Assembly (NCBI GenBank): GCA_001949185.1
Contig: BDGG01000013.1
Location: 1-64,000 of the forward strand
Length of the DNA stretch: 64,000 nucleotides
From: Ramazzottius varieornatus
Taxonomy: Eukaryota > Animalia > Tardigrada
Direction: 5' to 3'
The notes under the pieces were generated by a model, which did not search any database, was not told the DNA's origin, and saw only the letters and a list, made by a program, of their open reading frames with translations. Position numbers and translations under genes: made by a program. Below are positions 62,494 to 64,000 of the stretch, piece after piece (within the stretch, counting starts at the first letter, position 1; each line of letters opens with the position of its first letter).

Positions 62494-64000
62494 TATAATA
62501 GTCTTCCCATCAAGCCTGAGTCCGTCATCTTGCGAAAGTCCCAGTGACTCCAGCACAGTGGGAAATTGTGCTAAAGCAAGGTTTGGACTAAGTTAGTTAC
62601 GTTTGCACCGAAACATCCTCGCTCAATACATACAGACATGCCGATAACGTTAAAAACCTAGGTGGGGCACGTTGTCCTCTAATTTCAATTTCTCTGAACG
62701 TAGATTCGAAGCACCTCGAACTAGGGGAACCCTTTCCCCTAAATGATTCGTTCTCAAACCGCACCTTCTCCTAAAATATGTCTATATTTTTCAAGGGAAG
62801 CTATTAAGTCGCGGTCGACCCTTTGCAACGTTCGTCACGCAGTCTAGGTCTCCGACACTTAACTGATGACGGTACAACTGACAGCAAATGGTTGAACTAT
62901 GGATGATGGTTGTTGTTTGTATTAAATTCAACTCGTTGACTTTGCAGTTCGTTTTTAATTTTAAACTTTGACGCCCTTCTATTCTGTCGTTTCTCAGAAG
63001 TCCCAAGTTTCGGCTTCTATTACAACCACCAAGAAAATATTCAACCGTTTCTTGCTCGATGAATTTTTATCGCACTGTTAGCAGAACTTGAAATTCAAAA
63101 ACGTCTTTTCGAACGCGCTTTCTTGAATTTTGGACGAACGAAGAAAGTCAACCTAACCAAAAGCACGAAACAAGAATAGCATAGTATCGTATACATTTCG
63201 AGATTTTGTTTGGACTTTTTAGTAATACCCTGAATTACGAGAAGGGTTTAGAACCTTCACTGCTTCATTTTTCAGTATGAATTTTCAAAGGAAATGCTGG
63301 CTTGCTGGTCAGTGCCTGGTTTCTACGCTTCTGTTTCATGCCGCCATTTCATTTTATGGCTTTTTCTTCTCGACAACGACCTGTGAACAATAGGGCTGTC
63401 CACTCATGACAATAAGCGCGTAAATGCTTCTTCTTTTCTCACTGTCTTACACCTTTTCTTTCCCCTTCTCTCTGGCCACCTCCTCCATATACCAAAAATG
63501 ACCTCATTACCTGAGAACCGCTCTGTTAATTGCGTTGGATCATCTCAGTAGAAATCGTGCGTCTTCTGCTTTCACGATTTCTGGGTCCTCCAGTAATATT
63601 TTGATCTACCATCCAGTTTTAAATTTAAACCTGCCGAGGTGTACCGCATGATGATTTCTCACATCTGCACATACTAAAATCGAAAAACGGGCATTTTGTA
63701 ACCGCAACCTAATGGCTTTCCTCGTAAGAACTTCGGACCCTAAGAATAAAGGCCTCGAAGATCTTCGGCGTCGAACAGTCACGAACCCTAATGGCTTTGG
63801 CTTCAATGAACAGTATCCCTACAACGTCGTTTCGTTGTTTCATACTGACACGGCGGCTGTCCGTAAATTCGACGCCTAAAGTATTCAAACAATCGACAAA
63901 CTTACTTTAAATACGGGAACTTGCTCTTATCACGGCTAATACCCTGTTCCCAAGAGCCTCCGATCCAATATACTGACCATATAACATTCGGGATCAGTCC

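Overview
Eukaryotic, intron-rich and gene-dense DNA with short GT-AG introns. It is probably a eutardigrade: this is an inference from the AKH-family peptide pQLSFSTGWGH-amide and the compact gene structure. The first ~15 kb is a cluster of DNA transposons. It contains an apparently intact spliced pogo-type element (1567-4447, TA TSD), a decayed two-gene PIF/Harbinger-superfamily element (4716-7593, ATT TSD), and a nest of three hAT-type elements (8560-14768, containing 8658-9066 and 9122-14373). Host genes follow: COX5A, PSMD11/Rpn6, ARF1, a Ly6-like protein, Cdk5 activator p35, myosin ID-like, a BET (BRD4/fs(1)h-like) gene, a CatSper-like channel subunit, an AKH precursor and two orphan secreted proteins. 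Several TA-flanked MITEs lie between 52 and 62.5 kb. The most striking unexplained structure is non-coding: (1) a palindromic cassette AAGTGGCGCAC-N25-GTGCGCCACTT with near-fixed spacer length at ~17 loci, mostly in introns; (2) mostly paired GTTGGANNTCCAAC palindromes throughout the large hAT element, including its introns and coding sequence; (3) GTATGCAGGT(ACGTGAAAG) clusters in five BET introns and one myosin intron. All exon models and alignments were done by eye.
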